From Malacoraja senta (lineage: Eukaryota), in the NCBI GenBank assembly GCA_038087875.1, contig JAXLNO010000361.1, forward strand, positions 1-64,000: a DNA stretch of 64,000 nt. Reading direction: 5' to 3'. Made by a program: the position numbers and the translations under genes. Under the pieces are notes generated by a model, which worked only from the letters and a program-made list of their open reading frames with translations, was not told the origin of the DNA and made no database searches. Below, piece after piece: positions 51,176 to 64,000 of the stretch; position 1 is the stretch's first letter, and every line of letters starts with the position of its first letter.

Positions 51176-51317
51176 TATTTGGGGTGGGAGATTGCAACCT
51201 TTACATGGTCCGCCCTGTTTCAACAAATGTAATCAACCTGGCGTGCACAATCAAATAAAATCAAATAGAACAAGCTGTCCTACAACTTTAGGCTGTGCCA
51301 CCATACGCAAGAAGAAG
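51176..51317 (+). mobile_element. Short retroelement with (GAA)n tail, Vingi/Ingi-like 3' end
   Basis: Ends ccatacgcaagaagaag; direct repeat aatatcacaa at 51166-51175 and 51318-51327. Confidence 0.6.
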
Positions 51318-52140
51318 AATATCACAAAACACAATTCTAAGGAAAAGGAAAGACCACATTTTTAACTATGAGATTTTTTTTTAAATCAGAGCAGTCTTTT
51401 CTTGAAAATACACCAAGAAGTCTAAAATAAAGCAGCTTCTGCAATGCAACAACTTAAAATGTTTTTGAGAAGAACATAGTGATGTGGGAACTCTGGGGAC
51501 ACAGCAATTAAATTATTGGACCAATGGTCCGAAGAGCTAAATGAACATTCCAGAAATCCAAGTGCAAATCCCACCAAGTTAAAAACTCATCTAGTTCATT
51601 TATATCTCTCAGGGGTGAGAAGAAAATCTGCAATCCTTACGCGATTTGTCCTATATGTGCTGACGATTGACTCTTAGAACATCCTGGAGAGCAACTAAGA
51701 ACTGTCATCATGTTCTCAAAGGACAATTAAAAGTTGGTAATACATGCTGGTCTTGATAATGATGCAACAGAAAAACAAATGCAAAAAATATAAGTCATGA
51801 TTATCTAAAATATAAAACAGAACAGTACAGCATAGGGACATGCCCATCGGCCAACAATATCTGTGGTTAATGTGATGCATAAAGTTTTCCCTGCCTGCTT
51901 ATGATCTACATCCCCCTCCCCCCCACCATTCTGTGCACACCTATGTGCCTAAAAGCCTCTTAGACACCACTATTATATTTGCTTATCTAAATTGTATCTA
52001 AATCATCATTTGACCTTCATGGCTCCTTTACCATGTGTAAGATCATCACTGCTCTGATTGTAGTCTCCACATCTTTGTTCATCATATCCACCAGTCTAGT
52101 TCCAATAATTATGGGGTGGTGTCCTATCAAGGAAGATGAG

Positions 52141-52835
52141 ACATAGAAACATAGAAACAAAGAAAATAGGTGCAGGAGTAGGACATTCGGCCCTTCGAGC
52201 CAGCACCGCCATTCAACATGATCACGGCTGATCATCCAAAATCAGTACCCCAATCCTGTTTTTTCCCCATATCCCTTGATTTCATTAGCCCTAAGAGCTA
52301 TATCTAACTCTCTCTTGAATACATCCAGTAAATTGGCCTCCACTGCGTTCTGCAGCAGAGAATTCCCCAGATTCACAACTCTCTTGGTGAAAATATGTTT
52401 TCTCATCTCAGTCCTAAATAGCCAACCACTTATTCTTAAACTGTGAGCCTTGGTTCTGGACTCCCCCAACATGCAGAACATTTTTCCTGCATCTAGCCTG
52501 TCTAATCCCTGAGAAATTTTATATGTTTCTATAAGATCCCCTCTCATTCTTCTAAGTGAATATAAGCCCAGTCGATCCATTCTTTCATCATATGTCAGTC
52601 CCGCCATCGTGGGAATTAACCTGGTGAACCTACGCTGCACTCCCTCAATAGTAACAATGTTCTTCCTCAAATTAGGAGACCAAAACTGCACATGATACTC
52701 CAGGTGTGGTATCACCAGGGCTCTGTACAACTGCAGTAGGACCTCCTAGCTCCTATACTCAAATCCTCTCGCTATGAATGCCAACATGTCATTTGCTTTC
52801 TTCTCTGCTTGTTGTACCAGCAAGCTTACTTTCAG
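52141..52835 (-). mobile_element. CR1 3' fragment
   Basis: YRALVIPHLEYHVQFWSP...GDLIETYKI; tail repeat. Confidence 0.9.
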
Positions 52836-53269
52836 TAAGTTACAATAAGAGACAGTTTAGTTGTTGTATTCCTTGAAGTTTAGAAGAATGAGAGGCAACA
52901 TTATTCAAATGTATTGGATTCTTAGGGGGCATGACAGGGGAAATATTGAGATGCTTATGTTTGTTAGATCTGCGTTGAAAAATGAAACAAGGTAACAAAA
53001 TAAGGAGACAATCATTTAAAACTAAACATAGAAATGTCTTCTTTCCGAGGTCAGTGAATCTAGAAATCTCTGCTTATAAGAACACTGGTGGTCAGATCAG
53101 AAGATATTTTTAAAGTGGAGATAGATAAATATTTGAAAGGTCAAGGAATTGAGGGTTATGGGGAAATGGCACAGAGGAGTTGAGACTAGCAAAGATCAGC
53201 CATGTTAATACTGAATGATGTGCCTTATGACCCATGACTGTAGCTGGATACATCTTCAATGCTGCCTTT

Positions 53270-54700
53270 ACATTAGCTGAGGATAATGCTGATGAATGAA
53301 TAACAGGTAATAATGAGTCCGTGCACAGGAGAGAGATTGGTAATCTGATTGAATGGTGCCAAAAAAACAACCCTGCTTTCAACATTAGCAAGACCAAGGA
53401 GCTGATCGTTGACTTAATGGAGGAAAAGTCATGAATCCATGGCCCTGTGACGGAACGGCGGTGGAGAGGGTCAATAGCTTTAAGTTCATATCACTGAAGA
53501 TCTACCATGGCGCAACACATTGATGCAGTCATGAAGAAAGCTCATCAACTTCCTCAGAAGTCTGAGAAGATTCGGCATGTCACCAAATACTCTACCAAAC
53601 TTCTATAGGTGTGTGGTAGAGAGCATACTGGTTGCTTGCATCAAGGCCTGGTTCGGTAACTTGAACACCCAAGGATGAAGGAGGATGCAGCAGGTGATGG
53701 AGTGGACACAGCCTGGTCCATCTCAGGTATTGACCTCCCCATCACTGAGAGGATTTGCAGGAAGCGCTGCATCAAAAAACCAGCTAATATCATCAAAACA
53801 TCACACCACCCTGACCACGACTCATGTAGCTGCTACAATTGGTAAACAGGTACAGGATCCTGAGAACTTTGACCTCCAGGTTCAATAATAGTTTCTTTCC
53901 ATTGATCATTACGCTCGTGAATCACAGTGCACAACCCTAACCTCAAACGGGCTTTCCCACTTGGGTGACCTAATTGGCGAGTTTAGAAGAGTTTAGGAGA
54001 GTTTGAAAAAATGTAATGTTGAAGACCTCCTTCGACTATGTCGAAGACCTCCTTTGACCTCCTTCGACTATGTTGAAGACTAGCTTCCACTAGCTATGAC
54101 TAGCTACTACTAACTTCGGGAAAATTGGACACTAAATCGTGGAGAGTGAAGACGATCTCCTTCGATCTCCTTCGACCTCCCTTCGACCTCCCTTCGACTA
54201 TGATGAAGACTACCTTTGACTACCTTCGACTACCTTTGACTACCCTCGATTACCTACGAATAACATGCCGACCTACTACGACCTACTATGACTAAACCTA
54301 CGAGTAAAAAAAGTATCGATTTTTTCCATGGCAATCTTTTTTTACTAGCGGGCATTTTTTAACATGTTGAAAAATACGCTGCGACCTAGCTGAGGCCTCG
54401 AGTACACGGGGACGACTCTCGAGCATGAAGGAGAGTTACAAAGACCTCCTACGACCTCGTGTCGACCATGCTGCGAGTATGAGTCGAGGGCAAACTCGCC
54501 AGAACTCGCGGATTAGGTCGCCCAAGTGGGACAGCCCCTTAACCCTACATCAACAATGATCTACCATGAACTTTGTACAGGCTGCAAAATGTACTATGGT
54601 TTGCATTATTATGGTCTGGTTACAGTGTTACTGATAATTTATCATATTATTGATTACAGTATATTTATTTGTTGTCTTGGGTTAATGTGCCTGCATACGA
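53270..54700 (+). mobile_element. Old Rex1-like 3' fragment carrying a MITE in its 3' UTR
   Basis: SKTKELIVD and NFYRCVVESIL remnants. Confidence 0.7.
53948..54538. mobile_element. Non-autonomous DNA transposon (MITE), PIF/Harbinger-like
   Basis: TIR cgggctttcccacttgggtgacctaat / attaggtcgcccaagtgggacagcccc; right flank tta; internal CTTCGAC repeat array. Confidence 0.8.
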
Positions 54701-55892
54701 CATTTAAACACTCCTGATTCCTGACCTGCTTGGTCTACCATGCATATGTATAAACTGTTAAGGCTCCTTTTAAATGGCAACCACTGAAGTGGCAAATAGT
54801 GAAGCCTTGTGGCTAAGGGGATAAGAAGAGATGTGCTTTGAGGACGGTTCCGCTTCAGAATGGCAGAGGTCAGTGAGTTAGCAGGTTGGAGAAAAAAATT
54901 AAAGTGAGATTGGAATCGTGGAAGAACTGAAAATGGAAAAATAAAACAATGTTTTCTCATTGATATCATAGGTTAATATATTCTTCTATTGATTTCTGTG
55001 GAAGATGAAACAGAAATTGTGCAATTGAAATTTTTTTCAAGACAGTGTACGCAGGTGGATTGTGAATTGATTGCTGTTCTTCGTAATCAGATTGCGTTTG
55101 ATCAGCATTATGAAATCAAGCAATCTGTCATGAAGAGCACACTTACTTTTCATAGAAGAAGTAATTTTAAATGCAAGACTTAAAACAATATTATTGTTAT
55201 TATATAAAGATATTATTAATGTATGCCTAATGTATTCTTTTATTTTGACCTGCTCTCTTCAGAAAAGCAATCCCCCCGCCAATATAACATAAACAAAATG
55301 TGAATATTTTGATGATAGTTACTTTTTTTTCTTTTTACAATGTTATTCAGAATCTTTTCAGACATTGATTTCAGTCTTATTTTAGTTTTATTAAATTTAA
55401 ATAACAAAACTATTTTGCTAATTAGTGTTTTAATGGACATTTAGTTATGGAAACGTTTTCAAAATACTCAGAAGGTGAGGCATCATCTATGGAAAGAGAA
55501 CCAAATTAACAATTCAAATTTTCCTTCAGATGTGGAAACAATTAATGATAATTGTTGATATAGAGAAGGAAGATGGGAAGGACTAGATACAGGAAAATGT
55601 GTAATGAATTGGAAAACCAAATTAAATGGATAAAGGGATTGTGATGCAAGCCAAAAGAGGGTTACGTTGAGATACATTTAGAGGAGGTGCCAACAACAAA
55701 ATCTACACCTGTGGCTGTTGAGCCAATCAAGAGCAGGTGAAAAAATCTCTCAGACTATGGGTAAAGAGATCAAAGTGAGACTGAGAATTAAAATGACAGG
55801 CTACTGGAAGGTTAGGATCACTCTTGCAGTCTGAATATAAAATTCCACTCTGTTTAGATCTTCCTTATATGTGGGAGACACCATTAAGAACA

Positions 55893-56216
55893 GGACAGCA
55901 TGGTGGCACAGTGGTAGAGTTGCTGCGTTCCAGCGCCAGAGACATGGTCTCGATTCTGGCTACGGGTGACATCTGTACAGAGTTTGTACGTCCTGCCAGT
56001 GACCTGCGTGGGTTTTCTCCGGGTGCTCTGGTTTCCTCCCACACTCTGAAGACATACAGGTTTGTAACTTAATTGGCTTCAAAACAATTGTAAATTGTCC
56101 CTGGTGTGTCTAGGCTAGTGTTAGTGTGCGGGGATCGCTGGGCGGGCCAGACTCGGTTGGCCGAAGGGCTTGTTTTCTCACTGTATATCTCAAATAAACA
56201 CTAAACTAAACTAAAC
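55893..56216 (+). mobile_element. HE1-like SINE
   Basis: tggcacagtggtagag head, conserved body, ccgaagggc tail, (CTAAA)n. Confidence 0.85.
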
Positions 56217-56261
56217 AGTAAACACAATGCACTAAACCGATGCACATCTAAATAAGAGGGA

Positions 56262-56392
56262 GACAATGAACTGCAGATGCTGGAATCTTCAGCAAAACAG
56301 AAAGTGCTGGGGGAACTCAGTGGGTTAGGCAGCATTTGTGGGCTGAATGACATTTGACAGGTGACATTTCAGGTCAGGACCCTTCTTCAGAC
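56262..56392 (-). mobile_element. Penelope-like short element with hammerhead core
   Basis: 56361-56390 is identical to 5167-5196 (revcomp ctgaagaagggtcctgacctgaaatgtcac). Confidence 0.7.
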
Positions 56393-57407
56393 ACATGCAA
56401 CTGCAGGAACTACAAACCTACGTAAATTATGATATCCCCTGAACTAATCTATCATGGAGGAATTGCAAAGAAGTGGGAATATTGGGGAAAATATTGTTGG
56501 CGATGTTGACATACTGATAATGCTACAAGTGCTAGACAATGATTTATCTTATGTGCAGGAAGGAATTGCAGATGCTGGTTTATCTTTCCCTGGGTCTGGA
56601 AACTAAACAATGAAGAACAAAAGTGCAGAAAATGGAATGAACCTGGTTCATGGCTGGTCAAAAAATTCTAATGAAGGATAAATAAAGACATCAGCACTGA
56701 TAAGAAAGATGAAAGATTGAAGATTGAGTGTGCCATGCAGTATAACACACAATAGGTTGTTACAGTTCTGTTATAGCATTGAAGTATCCATCAATACTTC
56801 TCTGAGAGCTAACAAGCTGCTTAACAAAGTATTAATGTCAAAAGAGTGCAATATACATCATTGCAGAGATTGGCAAATAATTACTGTGCAAATAATCCTT
56901 CACAATTGAGAAAAAGAATGACATGTGAACGGCACCAGCAAAATCAGAGAAAGAAAATTGAGGAAATCAAAAACATTGGAGGAAGGAGTCAAAAGTTTCT
57001 ACCGTCACTGAAGGATTTTTTGTTGGTAACCTCCATTACTAATTGTCTATGCAAGCAGCAAACCCAGAGTCTTTGAACACTACTCATAGAAGAGGTGTTA
57101 ATGTAATCATTAATGTATCAGAATAGAAGGCACTTAGAGTTGGAACAAATAGCTAGAAGAAAACTTTCTGGTAAATATGTGTATCAATAAAGATTACATG
57201 ACCCACAAATATGGTGCCTTCATACCTTTATTGTTCATTTCCTCCCAAACTATAAATATATAATAGATACTGGCACACACGCACAGATCACCAGATTCAG
57301 GGACAGTTTCTTCCCAGCTGTTATCAGGCAACTGATCTGTCCTCTCATCATCTAGAGTGCGGTCCTGACTTCCCATCTACCTCACTGGAGACCTTTGAAT
57401 TATCTTC

Positions 57408-60180
57408 AAGATTCAAGATTCAAGAGAGTTTATTATCATGTGTCCCAGATAGGACAATGAAATTCTTGCTTTGCTTCAGCACAACAGAATATAGTTGGCA
57501 TAAATAAATACAGAACAGAACTGATCAGTGTAACCATATACCAATGAATATATATATATATATACACACATAAATAAACAGATAGTGCAATGGGCTATTA
57601 ATGATCAGAGTTTTGTTTGAGTTGACTTTAATAGCCTGATAGCTGTGGGGAAGCAGTTATTCCTGAACCTGGATGTTGCAGATTTCAGGCTCCAGTACCT
57701 TCCAACTAAAGGCAGCGGGGAGATGAGTGAGTGGCCAGGATGGTATGGGTCCTTGATGATGCTTGCAGACTTTTTCAGGCAGCGACTGAGATAGATCCCC
57801 TCGATGGTAGGGAGGTCAGAGCCGATGATGGACTGGGCAGTGCTTACAACTTTTTGCAGTCTTTTCCACTCCTGGGCGCTCAAGTTGCCGAACCAAGCCA
57901 CGATGCAACCAGTCAACATGCTCTCTACTGTGCACCTGTAGAAGTTCGAGAGAGTCCTCCTTGACATACCGACTCTCCGTAATCTTCTCAGGAAGTAGAG
58001 GCGCTGATGTGCTTTCTTAATAATTGCATCTGTGTTCTCGGACCAGGAAAGATCTTCAGAGATATGCACGCCCAGGAATTTGAAGCTCTGGACCCTCTCC
58101 ACCATCGACCTGTGGATATAAACGGGAATGTGGGTCCCCATCCTACCCCTTCCAAAGTCCACAATCAGTTCCTTGGTTTTGCTGGTGTTGAGAGCCAGGT
58201 TATTGTGCTGGCACCATTTGGTCAAACGGTCCATCTCACTTCTATACACTGACTCATCTCCATCAGTGATACGTCACACAACAGTGGTGTCGTCAGCGAA
58301 CTTGATGATGGAGTTCGCACTATGACCGGCTACGCAGTCATGAGTATAGAGTAAGTACAGCAGGGGGCTGAGCACGCAGCATTGAGGTGCTCCCATGCTG
58401 ATTGTTATCGAGGCTGACACATTTCCACCAATATGGACAGACTGTGGTCTGTGAATGAGTAAGTCGAGGGTCCAATTGCAGAGGGATGCACAGAGACCCA
58501 GTTCTGCGAGTTTGGTAACCAGCTTGGAGGGGATGATTGTGTTAAATGCCGAGCTGTAGTCAATGAATAACAGCCTGACATATGAGTTTTTGTTGTCCAA
58601 GTGGTCCAGAGCTCAGTGGAGAGCCAGCGAGATTGCATACACCGTTGATCTGTTGTGGCGGTAAGTGAACTGCAGTGTGTCCAGGTTTTTGTCGAGGTAG
58701 GAGTTGATTTGCGCCATGATCAACCTCTCAAAGCACTTCATCACCACCGACGTTAGTGCCACTGGTCGATAGTCATTGAGGCACATCACCTTGCTCTTCT
58801 TGGGCACCGGTATAATTGATGCCCTTTTAAAGCAGGTGGGAACCTCAGACCTCAGAAGTGAGAGGTTGAAAATGTCCGTAAAAACTCCAGCCAGTTGGTC
58901 CGCACAGGTTTTTAGAACACGACCGGGTATGCCATCAGGTCCAAGTGCTTTCCAAGGGTCCACCCATCTGAAGGATTTCCTGACGTCGACCTCAGTGACC
59001 GTGATCAAAATACCATCACAGCGAATGGGGGTTCGAGAAGGCACATCAGTGTTCTCCCTATCAAAGCGTGTGTAAAACGCATTGAGTTCGTCAGGGAGTG
59101 AAGTTTCACTGACATGTGTGCTGCCTCCTGATTTCGCCTTGTAGGAGGTGATTGCATTCAGGCCCCGCCACAGCTGCAGAACATCAGTCTCGTCCCCCAG
59201 CTTGGAGCAGAAGACCCTTTTTTGCCTTTTTGATGGCCTTACTAAGGTTGTATCTGGCCTTCTTGTAGTCCTCAGTATCTTCAGACATGAATGCCCGGTG
59301 TCTGGACTTCAGAAGAATGCGGATCTCATAGTTCATCCATGGCTTCTGATTGGGAAGCACTTGGAAGGTTTTTGTTGGAATGCAGTCCTCCACACACTTC
59401 TTTATGAAGTCTGTAATGACTGTGGTGTATTCGTTCAGGTCCATTGCCGAGTCCCTGAACATTGACCAGTCTGCAGACTCCAAACAGTCCTGGAGTTGTT
59501 CCTCTGCCCCCCCCCCCCCCCCCCCCCTACCGACCAGCACTGAACAGTCCTCACCTCTGGGGGTGCGCTCTTTAATTGCTGCCTGTAGGCAGGTAGAAGC
59601 AACACCGCAGAGTGGTCGGATTTACTGAAGTGAGGGCGAGGGATAGAGCGATGGGCATCCTTGATGGTGGTGTAGCAGTGGTCGAGGGTGTTTGGTCCTA
59701 TGGTGCAGCAGGAGACATGTTGGTGGAAGTTAGGGAGCGATTTCTTGAGGTTTGCTTTATTGAAGTTCCCAGCTTTGGTGGTAAATGCCTCGTGGTAAGA
59801 CGTCTGGTGTTTGTAGACCACGGCGTGCAGCTCCTCCATTGCCAGAAGGACGTTTGCTTGGGGTGGGATGTAGACCGCGGTCAGGATGATGGAGGTGAAT
59901 TCCCTCGGAAGGTAGAAGGGACGGCACTTCACCGCCAGATGTTTGAGGTGTGGAGAGCAGGAGTTGGACAGGACTGCCACGTCTGAGCACCACGCAGAGT
60001 TGACCATGAGGCAGGCATCCCCTCCTCTCCCTTTCCCAGATGCCTGCATACGGTCCATATGGCGGATGGAGAACCCCTCAGTCTGGACCGCTGAGTCTGG
60101 GGAGCTGGGGGTGAGCCATGTCGCTCTGAAACAGAACAGAAAGCATTCCCTCAGCTCCCTTTGATAAAGCAGCCTTGCTT
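57408..60180 (-). mobile_element. Rex1/Babar-like LINE, 5'-truncated, nested in an older LINE tail
   Basis: Endonuclease KCRPFYLPREF...VYIPP, TLDHCY, SDH; RT GPDGIPG, LNDYRPVALT, KFADD; (CTTGAAT)n tail. The host tail at 57270-57407 resumes at 60181-60360. Confidence 0.93.
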
Positions 60181-60619
60181 TTGATCAGATTTCAATATTA
60201 TAACTAGAACTAAACGTTGCATACTTTATCCTTTACCTGTGCACTGTGGACGGCTCAATACTATCAATGTTTTTTTGTTTTTTTACTGGATAGCACACAA
60301 ATAAAATCATTTCAATGTACCTCTGTATTCATGGCAATAATAAACTAATCTAAACTAAACCACACAGAGGCATGGAGAATTAGGCCTGGGCTGTTTCCTG
60401 GAGTATCACATTTATTTGGAGGAAATAGTGATAGTAATAAAGCCTAAACCATTAAACAATATTTAAACCTACTTCATGATGAAATGAATTGCTGCAGATT
60501 GATATCTTGGAGCATTATTTGTTCCAGTAGAGCAAATTATCGTGTTTACCAAGAGAAAACTGGGGGAAATTATTGTTTTTTAAAACCATAATAGCTGAAA
60601 TGTTTAAAAAATGAATATA

Positions 60620-63600
60620 TTAGTAAGATTAAATGAGAACTTACCAGTTTGAAGTTTGATCTTTATTTTATGAGGAGTTACGATGAGGGATTACGTGAAG
60701 AGCCCACCAGCCCGCATGCGCGTCAATCTTCAAAGCAGCGGTGTGAAATCACAGATAACAGTTGATGAACTGAATATAGTAAGATTAGAGAAAATAGAAC
60801 TACCAGCTGACCTTTATGAGAGAGGGTTGGGTGCGGAGGGCACGTAATCCCTCATCGTAACTCCTCATAAAATAAAGATCAAACTTCAAACTGGTAAGTT
60901 CTCGTTTAATCTTACTATTTTACTTCGGAGTCACGTGAGTGACTACGTGAAGATTTCAAAGCTCTGTGATTTCATGCCATGAACACGAGTCCAGGCGTCA
61001 CACACTGCATCAATTGACCAAGGATGAGTGAACATTAATAATGCATTCAGACATGACATAGATTTAGACATGCTGATGCTTTTTAATGAACAAATAATAA
61101 CAATAGTAACCCCTCTCATCCGGGAGGAAACTATAAAACAGAACCTAAAATAGAGATGGCAAATACCCCCGGTCTGGCAATGGGTTTGTTGTAAAATGTT
61201 TGAAAAGATTGTTCGTTTGACCATCCTGCAGCCACTAGGATGTGGTCCAGCGGAACGTCCATAACCCTGTTGCAGCCCTGGTGGAGTGAGATTTGAAAAT
61301 GTCAGTGTTCACTCCTGCACAAGCCAGAACCCAATTTAACCACCTGGAGATGGTCTGTACTGATACCTACTTATGAGGTTTTATGTAACTAACAAACATT
61401 GCTAGTTCAGAGCCCCTAAGGCTCTAGTGACCTTAACATACTGTAGTAGATGTGTGACCACACACGACCGAAGGTCCATGGGGTATGCCCAAAAAATCTA
61501 GTTTGAGACCTGATGCCCCTGGTCTGCTCTGCTTGACTAAGTCATAAACATAAAATGTTATTTTGTCTGCAGATGTAACCATCCTGTCCAGTCGCAGCTT
61601 ATGCAATGACTGGACCTATTGCGCTGAACCAGTGCCATGAGCATAACCACTTTGTAAGTGAGTTTGACCAAGGACAGGGATGTAGCTGGAGCCCTGGGAG
61701 GTTTTGAGTTGAAGATACCCTTATCTCTGCGTACCTGGGCCTGGGAGGTTTTGAGTTGAAGATACCCTTCATGAATCTGGATATGAGAGGGTGAGACCCG
61801 ACAGAGTGGGTCCCGCTCCCTGCAGGAAATATGATGAGAAGGCACGTTTGGCACAGTTAATGGTACTATAAGTTAATTTTTGTCAAAGACCCATTCGAAA
61901 ATGAACTCTAAGACGTCGGTTATCCGTGCCGTAGTATATGTAATATTAGCATTTAAACAAAATACTTCCCATCTCTTAATGAGGAAATGTACTGCTTATC
62001 TGGTGTTATCCCTGCAATCTGTCGTGAGCACATCCATGGTTTGGTCTGACAACCCGAGCCGCAGGAACAGTCTTTTCAGAGTCTGCAAGTCAATGAATTG
62101 ATTTTATCATGCATTAGATGGTTGCTCGAGTCACGGGCTGAACCAGCAATTTTTGTGTTTAGAAATAACCATATAAGGTTCTATTATCATTCACAACATC
62201 TAACGGAAACCATGGCTGCATAGGCCAGTCAGGCACTACAAAAAATGCCTGAAGCGGGATTTTGCTGAATTTGTTGCAAGACCCGTCTGATGAGGCAAAA
62301 TGGAGGTAGACATAAAAGAACATTCCTCCCCAGTGTAGCGAGAATGCCACATATTTTTTGCAACGGGTGATTGTGCCTGGATGCAAACATCTCGATTTTT
62401 AGTGTTCCATCGAGCCACAATGTCATTAAATACTTTGTGATCCAACATCCATTCTGTGTTGTCGTTGATTTTACGTGATGATACACAGCGCCAAATGAGG
62501 TTAAGTAAACTATCACCGGATACTTTGACTTGATTGCACCCATGTGATTAACATATGCCACCACCAAAGTGTATCAACTTGGACTTGAGCATGCAGGTTA
62601 TGCATATTCGCACACAAACCTTTAACCCATAGAATGCACCTAGTGTCTATAGGTAGTTGATACCATATAACTGAAGAATTGATAACTCATGCAAATCCCA
62701 TCTGCCTCCGTAACTAGAGATGGTATTAGTAATTTTCTATCTTTGAGCAATAGCATCAGTTTGTAATATAACTGAAGATTTACTGATGAAAAGTTAGTGG
62801 AGCAATGGTGAATACTGTTCGTCCACCATAGTGACTTTGATAGTTTCAGCTGGTAAAAGCATAGGTCTGTTAACAATGACCTACGTGGTACTTGAGAGCT
62901 TACTTCTTTGCACACTGTAAGTTCTGATAATGCAAAGGCCCAAATAGCACAGCTGAAAAAGCCACCATATTGCCAATTACACTTGATGAATAGAAGGCTG
63001 CTTGATAACAACAAGGTTGTTACAGGCTTCTATTAATTCCAATCTCTTGCCTCAGGGCGGAGTCACAGACAAATTAATAGAGTTAAAGGTAAATCCCAAT
63101 AAACAATAATTTTAGTTGGTATCAACTTAAATTTAACTGGATGGATGAGAAACCCAATTTCTCAAATATAGTTTTGTGGCTGATGCAGCTAATTTAGCAA
63201 AATACAGCGTTTAGAATATCATCCAGTTAGGCAATAACAAGTGTTTTTGAGCTCTGAGCAGCCGAAGCACTGGTTTTAGTAATTTGGTAAATAACCTGGG
63301 AGCTGAAGTTAGCCCATTTCGCAATGCTTTTAACTGTTATCATTGCCCCATCCAGCAAAATTTCAAATATCTCTGGTGATCCCTGTGAATGGAAACTGAT
63401 CCTATGGAAATCAGTTGTTAGACAGTAACAAAGTTTCCTATTCTGAAATGTCTATACTGCACATGTTATTTGAACCTGTTGACAATGAACAGGCCACGTA
63501 TGCCACAATTGCGGCCATATTTCCGAGAACTCTGGCCAATTTCCGCGCCTGTCTCGCTTGTATACTGTGCAGTATAAACTAATCTCATGTTATCATTTTA

Positions 63601-64000
63601 ATTTATAAACAGATCTGAATCTCATGTTATCATTGTCATTTGTACAAAAAACAAGTGTGAATATTACCAACTTGTAAATGGTCCACATACCCCATGTTTC
63701 GGAAAGAACCAGACCCACCTACCTTCATGGTTATCGGTGGTTTTATGATAAGCCCAAAGGCCCCTGATGTGGGTTCTATTTCCATCCTTGATTTGGAGAG
63801 TAGGGCTGCTGGGGTGCATGGATCCCATATTTTTCCCTGAGGACCAGTTTGGGCCTTGGCCTGAAAGACCTGTGCCCATCTTTCAAGCTGCCACCAGCTT
63901 CAGTGAACCGCTTACTGCCGATGGAGGTGTGGGGTGTGTTGTCACCAACACAACAAAGCTTTGCTCGTCATTGGTACCTTGATTAGTCCGACAGCTTTTG
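60620..64000 (-). mobile_element. DIRS1-like retrotransposon copy C (3' two-thirds; runs off window end)
   Basis: Right extension 60621-60697, right ITR to 60725, ICR 60841-60952; YR (about 61150-62060), MT-like (MFASRHN, PPFCLI, VPDWP), RNase H and RT remnants. Confidence 0.92.

Noticed and set aside
54989..55183. 64-aa ORF in unique sequence
   Set aside because: Non-ATG start, no convincing splice boundaries and no recognisable similarity.
63453..63576. 11-bp inverted repeat suggesting a MITE
   Set aside because: Both arms align to ordinary DIRS sequence in copy A (about 829-839 and 1090-1100).

Overview
Vertebrate genomic DNA, most likely from a cartilaginous fish (skate/ray-like). That assignment rests on HE1-type tRNA-derived SINEs that share 3' tails with CR1 LINEs. 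No host protein-coding gene can be supported: the window is intronic or intergenic and mostly decayed transposable elements. It contains three DIRS1-like tyrosine-recombinase retrotransposons (one complete, with ITR/ICR/rE ends), two nested L1-clade LINEs with clear target-site duplications (TSDs), one near full-length CR1 with an SGNH-esterase ORF1 plus many CR1 fragments, Rex1/Babar-like LINEs, an RTE remnant, two Gypsy-type LTR remnants, HE1-like SINEs, a Harbinger-like MITE and Penelope-derived short elements carrying minimal hammerhead-ribozyme cores. The most novel-looking signals are a family of non-coding CpG-rich 0.7-0.85 kb retroelements with covarying hairpins, a 178-bp TSD-flanked fold-back element with a hammerhead core in its loop, and a DIRS insertion whose ATT recombination core can be read exactly. 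Family names come from recognising motifs by eye. No database searches were run, and the ends of old fragments are approximate.
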